A DNA stretch of 63,890 bases, filler included, from Octopus bimaculoides (Eukaryota), in the NCBI RefSeq assembly GCF_001194135.2. It is 4 parts of 3 records of this genome, joined end to end, with 100 filler letters (N's around TTAATTAATTAA, not from the genome) between each part and the next. Parts side by side here need not be neighbours in the genome. Positions count along the whole stretch, not along the records: positions 47,533 to 62,697 come from NC_068989.1; positions 62,798 to 63,890 come from NW_026393071.1; 2 more parts are not named here. One strand, 5' to 3'. Of the stretch, positions 60,359 to 63,890 are shown one piece after another. The notes beneath the pieces were generated by a model. The model did not search any database. It had not been told where the DNA came from and saw only the letters and a program-made list of their open reading frames with translations. The position numbers and the translations under genes are program-made. Within the stretch, counting starts at the first letter, position 1; each line of letters begins with the position of its first letter.

Positions 60359-60395
60359 TATATGTATGTATGTATGTATGTATGTACATACGTAT
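60200..60395. repeat. (TATG)n microsatellite
   Basis: Visible tandem run. Confidence 0.95.
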
Positions 60396-60599
60396 GTAAA
60401 CGAAAGAAAGTAGCACTGAACACATTTGATATATTTTTTATAATAGCTTGACTCATCTCTACATTACTTAAAGCTAATACCGAGAGACCATCTTGAATTT
60501 CTCTCAAAGAATTTGACTCTGCTCCTAGCATCTTATTGGAAACACGACTATTTCCCAGACATTTTCATTTGTGACTTTTGTGCGTGTTTTGTCTGCATG

Positions 60600-60910
60600 A
60601 CTATCTTGTCATTGATATGTGATATGAGTAGAAGCATATTCATGGAAGTCACTATGGCTTCTATGATTAATCTTTTATTTTTTGCGGGAAATTTTATAGA
60701 GTTTGTAAGTATTATCCATTAGTATTCTTTGCTATCTAACTTTGTTTTCGTGGGTCTGGTATAGTGTATCGCGATTGATGCTTGTTGTAAATGCATGTAG
60801 AGCTGACAAGAGAGTGTTGCGCAAGTAAGGCCAATATAATAGCAGCCGTCCTGATATTTACAACTTTCAATTTTAGAATCAAAATTGTGGATTACGTTGG
60901 TCACTGTTCA
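60600..60910 (-). pseudogene. Penelope-like element GIY-YIG endonuclease fragment
   Basis: TNVIHNF..CKY..CYYIGLTCATLSCQLYMHL..SIAIHY, then ILTNS...KNKRLIIEAI, matching PLE GIY-YIG (TNVVY.F.C...C...YIG.T..TL.RRL..HL / NK.RL.ILEA). Confidence 0.7.
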
Positions 60911-61799
60911 TATATACGGTGGTCGCTTATAAGCTTTAAGCTTATAATTATTATTATTTACAGAATTGTCACTTGTCACAGCTTTTCCATTTAACTCAGA
61001 ATACATGTATGTATGTATGTATGTATGTATGTATGTATGTATGTATGTATGTATGTATGTATTTATGTTCTATCAAAGCTTTTTCCTCCAGCATTCGCCA
61101 CCTCCCCTCGTTATGGCTTAGCAGCCCTTACTGTTTGGTTTCACTGTCCTGTTTTTTTTTTATCAACTTTGACCCTCCGCAAATCCCAAATTTTATTTTG
61201 CTTTGCAGGAGCAGCTGTTTTCTCGAAGGCACATCTTGTCGTAATTGCTCGAACTGTGAAGTAGATAAACAGCCGTCAGCTGATGAAGGGTCATTCCTTA
61301 TGTGTATGTATGTATATATATATATTTGTGCGTGTGTGTGTGCATACGGGTTTAAATACACAACTACGCAGGCCTATATAATAGTGAATGCACACACATA
61401 TATGTACTTGTGCGCGCGTACGTATATCAATATACACTTCTTTCTTTCTTCCTGATTCCTCAACTCACATTAGTACAATAAACACATATGACTATTTATA
61501 GAAACTTGACCATTCTTAGTATTCTTCCCTTCCGTTTTGAGGTTTACTACTCAGTTTAGAAAGCCCCTCCTTAACCTTTTCCTGTTCCCAACCCTTGGTG
61601 CCATTCTAACATATCACCCCATCTCACACACCTTACACATATTCATTATTGACATTCCTCTTCCACCCCACTCATATCTTGACCACCAACTGACACTCCT
61701 TTTTTCACTTTTTTCCGTCTTCTTTTCTCGCCTTTTCCTTTTGACCTCTCTCCCCATTTTAGCCTACACACCTCTTCTCTCCTTTCTATCCATTTAATA

Positions 61800-62250
61800 C
61801 TATCACTACATTCTCAAATTTTCATTCACACCACAAGGCCCTTTTGAATGCACAGCACATGGAATCTACGTCTCCACACTTTCCATTTGTAATGACAAAA
61901 TATAAACTCCTATTGGAATTTACATACCACGGACAGGAAGCATTTCTACCACTTCTATATACCACTTTCCTTGAATAATGGAACTGCAACTATAACATTT
62001 TTATATATTTTTAAATTTCTACATTCATTCTCCTATTTCCCTCTTATACTCTTTATTTCCTTCCTTTTCCAAAATAACCTCCTTATATTGAACTCTAATA
62101 TTTTCCTCTATTTAACCATCTCACATCGTCTCTGATGAAGGGATATCTCTAATATCCGATAAACAACTGTAAGACTAACTTCCTCTTTATAAATGTCCTG
62201 AAAATTCCACACAGCTTCAGCTTTGTTGCCTCATTGTATTTAACATATAC
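61800..62250 (+). mobile_element. Penelope-like 3' region/pseudo-LTR, same family as 18878-19846, with degenerate hammerhead at 62128-62175
   Basis: aactcctattggaatttacatacc and atcgtctctgatga..ctgtaagact shared with 19570-19800. Confidence 0.7.
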
Positions 62251-62376
62251 ATGCTCATACAAGACCCGCATTAGACTCCTCGCTCGTACCATTATCGAAC
62301 CGAGAGTTTAACTACGGTCCTTCCATAGCACTTACATAACGTTACCTGTCACCTTGGGTCTTCTGGATACTAATAC

Positions 62377-62443
<67 letters not shown>

Positions 62444-63890
62444 GCGTGAGAGAGTTAGGGGTTGGGGGTACAAACCACTAAGGGATAGTATCTATCCAGT
62501 ATACTGCTGGGAGGGTACCCAATTATTGCTACACTAGTGCTATACTAGGTGCAATCAATGGGAACGGGTAAAAGTGGAGGTTTTACCCAAAATTTGTGTA
62601 ACAATTAGAAAATGGAGGATAATATGCTGAACCCAACTACTTGCAGACGGTGTATCCCGTTGAATTCATTAATTTAATTCATAGCAAAAGTGACAAANNN
62701 NNNNNNNNNNNNNNNNNNNNNNNNNNNNNNNNNNNNNNNNNTTAATTAATTAANNNNNNNNNNNNNNNNNNNNNNNNNNNNNNNNNNNNNNNNNNNNTGT
62801 TTTGAAACCTGTTTTTCCAGACGTTGTAATAGATATCTCAGCGCATTGAAAATGAAATAAATAGATAAATAAAATAACTACCACAAAAGCGAGCAATTAA
62901 ATGTAGACATAAAATGGAATAAAGAAACAGCAGTAAAAAATATTTATTGGCATTAGAGCGGAGGGAAGGAGTAATGGATGGAGCAACTCATATATGGCTT
63001 AGCATATTTAGTTACGTCTGATATCCCAAACCCACCAGGGTCAATGCTCTCATTTTAATTGTTGCTTTTATATGTCATAGTATCTAGAAGGTCGCTAATA
63101 GTACTTTTGTCAGTTTCTAGCGTTCGTGTCGAATAGACTCCTCACTTTGTTTTTTCAGAAATTTCTTATGTCTGCAACAACGGGGAATACGAATTTGCCA
63201 AATATATTCAGAAAGAAAGAAAAAGTCCCAGGTTTTCAAATTTCTAATTTTCCCTCTCCACCAAATTTCTTTCTTTATATTTGAAATTTTTCGATTTTTA
63301 AAAATTCCACATTTAAAACAGAAAAATTAACGCTCTGGAAATAAAAATTCAAACTTTCAACCTTCTTTTTTTTTTTTTTTTTTTTTTTTAGCTGATTGCT
63401 TACCATAATTTTCAGCTTAAATTTTGTGGTAATAAAAACGAAAAATTACTGCTAAATAACCCTTATATTAGAAACTAATGCTTGTCACTTAAATTGCGCA
63501 GATATTATATAATTCTAGATACGATAGAAAAATCGTTCGGAGTCCCATTGCCTTCACGAGAAAGAAAAGAAAGAAAAAGGGTAGATTCTTTTTGCTTCAT
63601 CTTCTGTTTTTAAAGCATTCTTGTTTNNNNNNNNNNNNNNNNNNNNNNNAAAAAAAAAAAAAAAAAGAAGCCCCAACAAATGGCAATTACAAGTTTGATT
63701 TTCTCCCCATTTATGTTCTTTCTGTTCAAAATACAATATGTCTGAGGGGGGAAATAAAACAAAGCAAAACGGCAGGGTCACAGCGAGAAAGCGTCTGCTC
63801 TACCAGGCTAAATAACAGCGGTTGAAGTTTGTTGTGAATAAAATGACATTATAACTGAAAGGTATCAAGTGAAATAAATGTATCAAGAAG

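Overview
AT-rich, gap-ridden (N-runs) eukaryotic genomic DNA. Its repeat content (three abundant tRNA-derived SINE families, SINE-internal microsatellites, RTE/CR1/Tx1/R4 LINEs, Penelope-like elements, Tc1/mariner) points by inference to a cephalopod, most likely Octopus. No host protein-coding gene can be called with confidence. Most listed ORFs are microsatellite or N-gap artefacts, and the recognisable coding segments are decayed transposon ORFs. Well-supported elements are a near full-length R4/Dong-like non-LTR retrotransposon in (AAT)n (49.3-53.0 kb), a full-length mariner (58.9-60.2 kb), a deleted Tc1 (31.6-32.7 kb), RTE, Tx1/L1, CR1, Vingi/Ingi, hAT and Penelope GIY-YIG fragments, several MITEs and about 20 SINE copies. 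The most unusual observations are: (1) a 2-kb chimeric element with LTR hallmarks (TG...CA ends, 5-bp TSD, tRNA-Ser-like PBS, ~170-bp direct repeats) whose only cargo is an L1/Tx1-type ORF1 plus a LINE 3' tail; (2) several minimal hammerhead-ribozyme motifs from at least three sequence families; (3) a two-copy family of ~310-bp near-perfect hairpin elements, one with a 12-bp TSD; (4) many inverted repeats that could form dsRNA; (5) promoter-like motif clusters and isolated strong splice signals hinting at a long-intron host gene. All alignments, translations and folds were done by eye.
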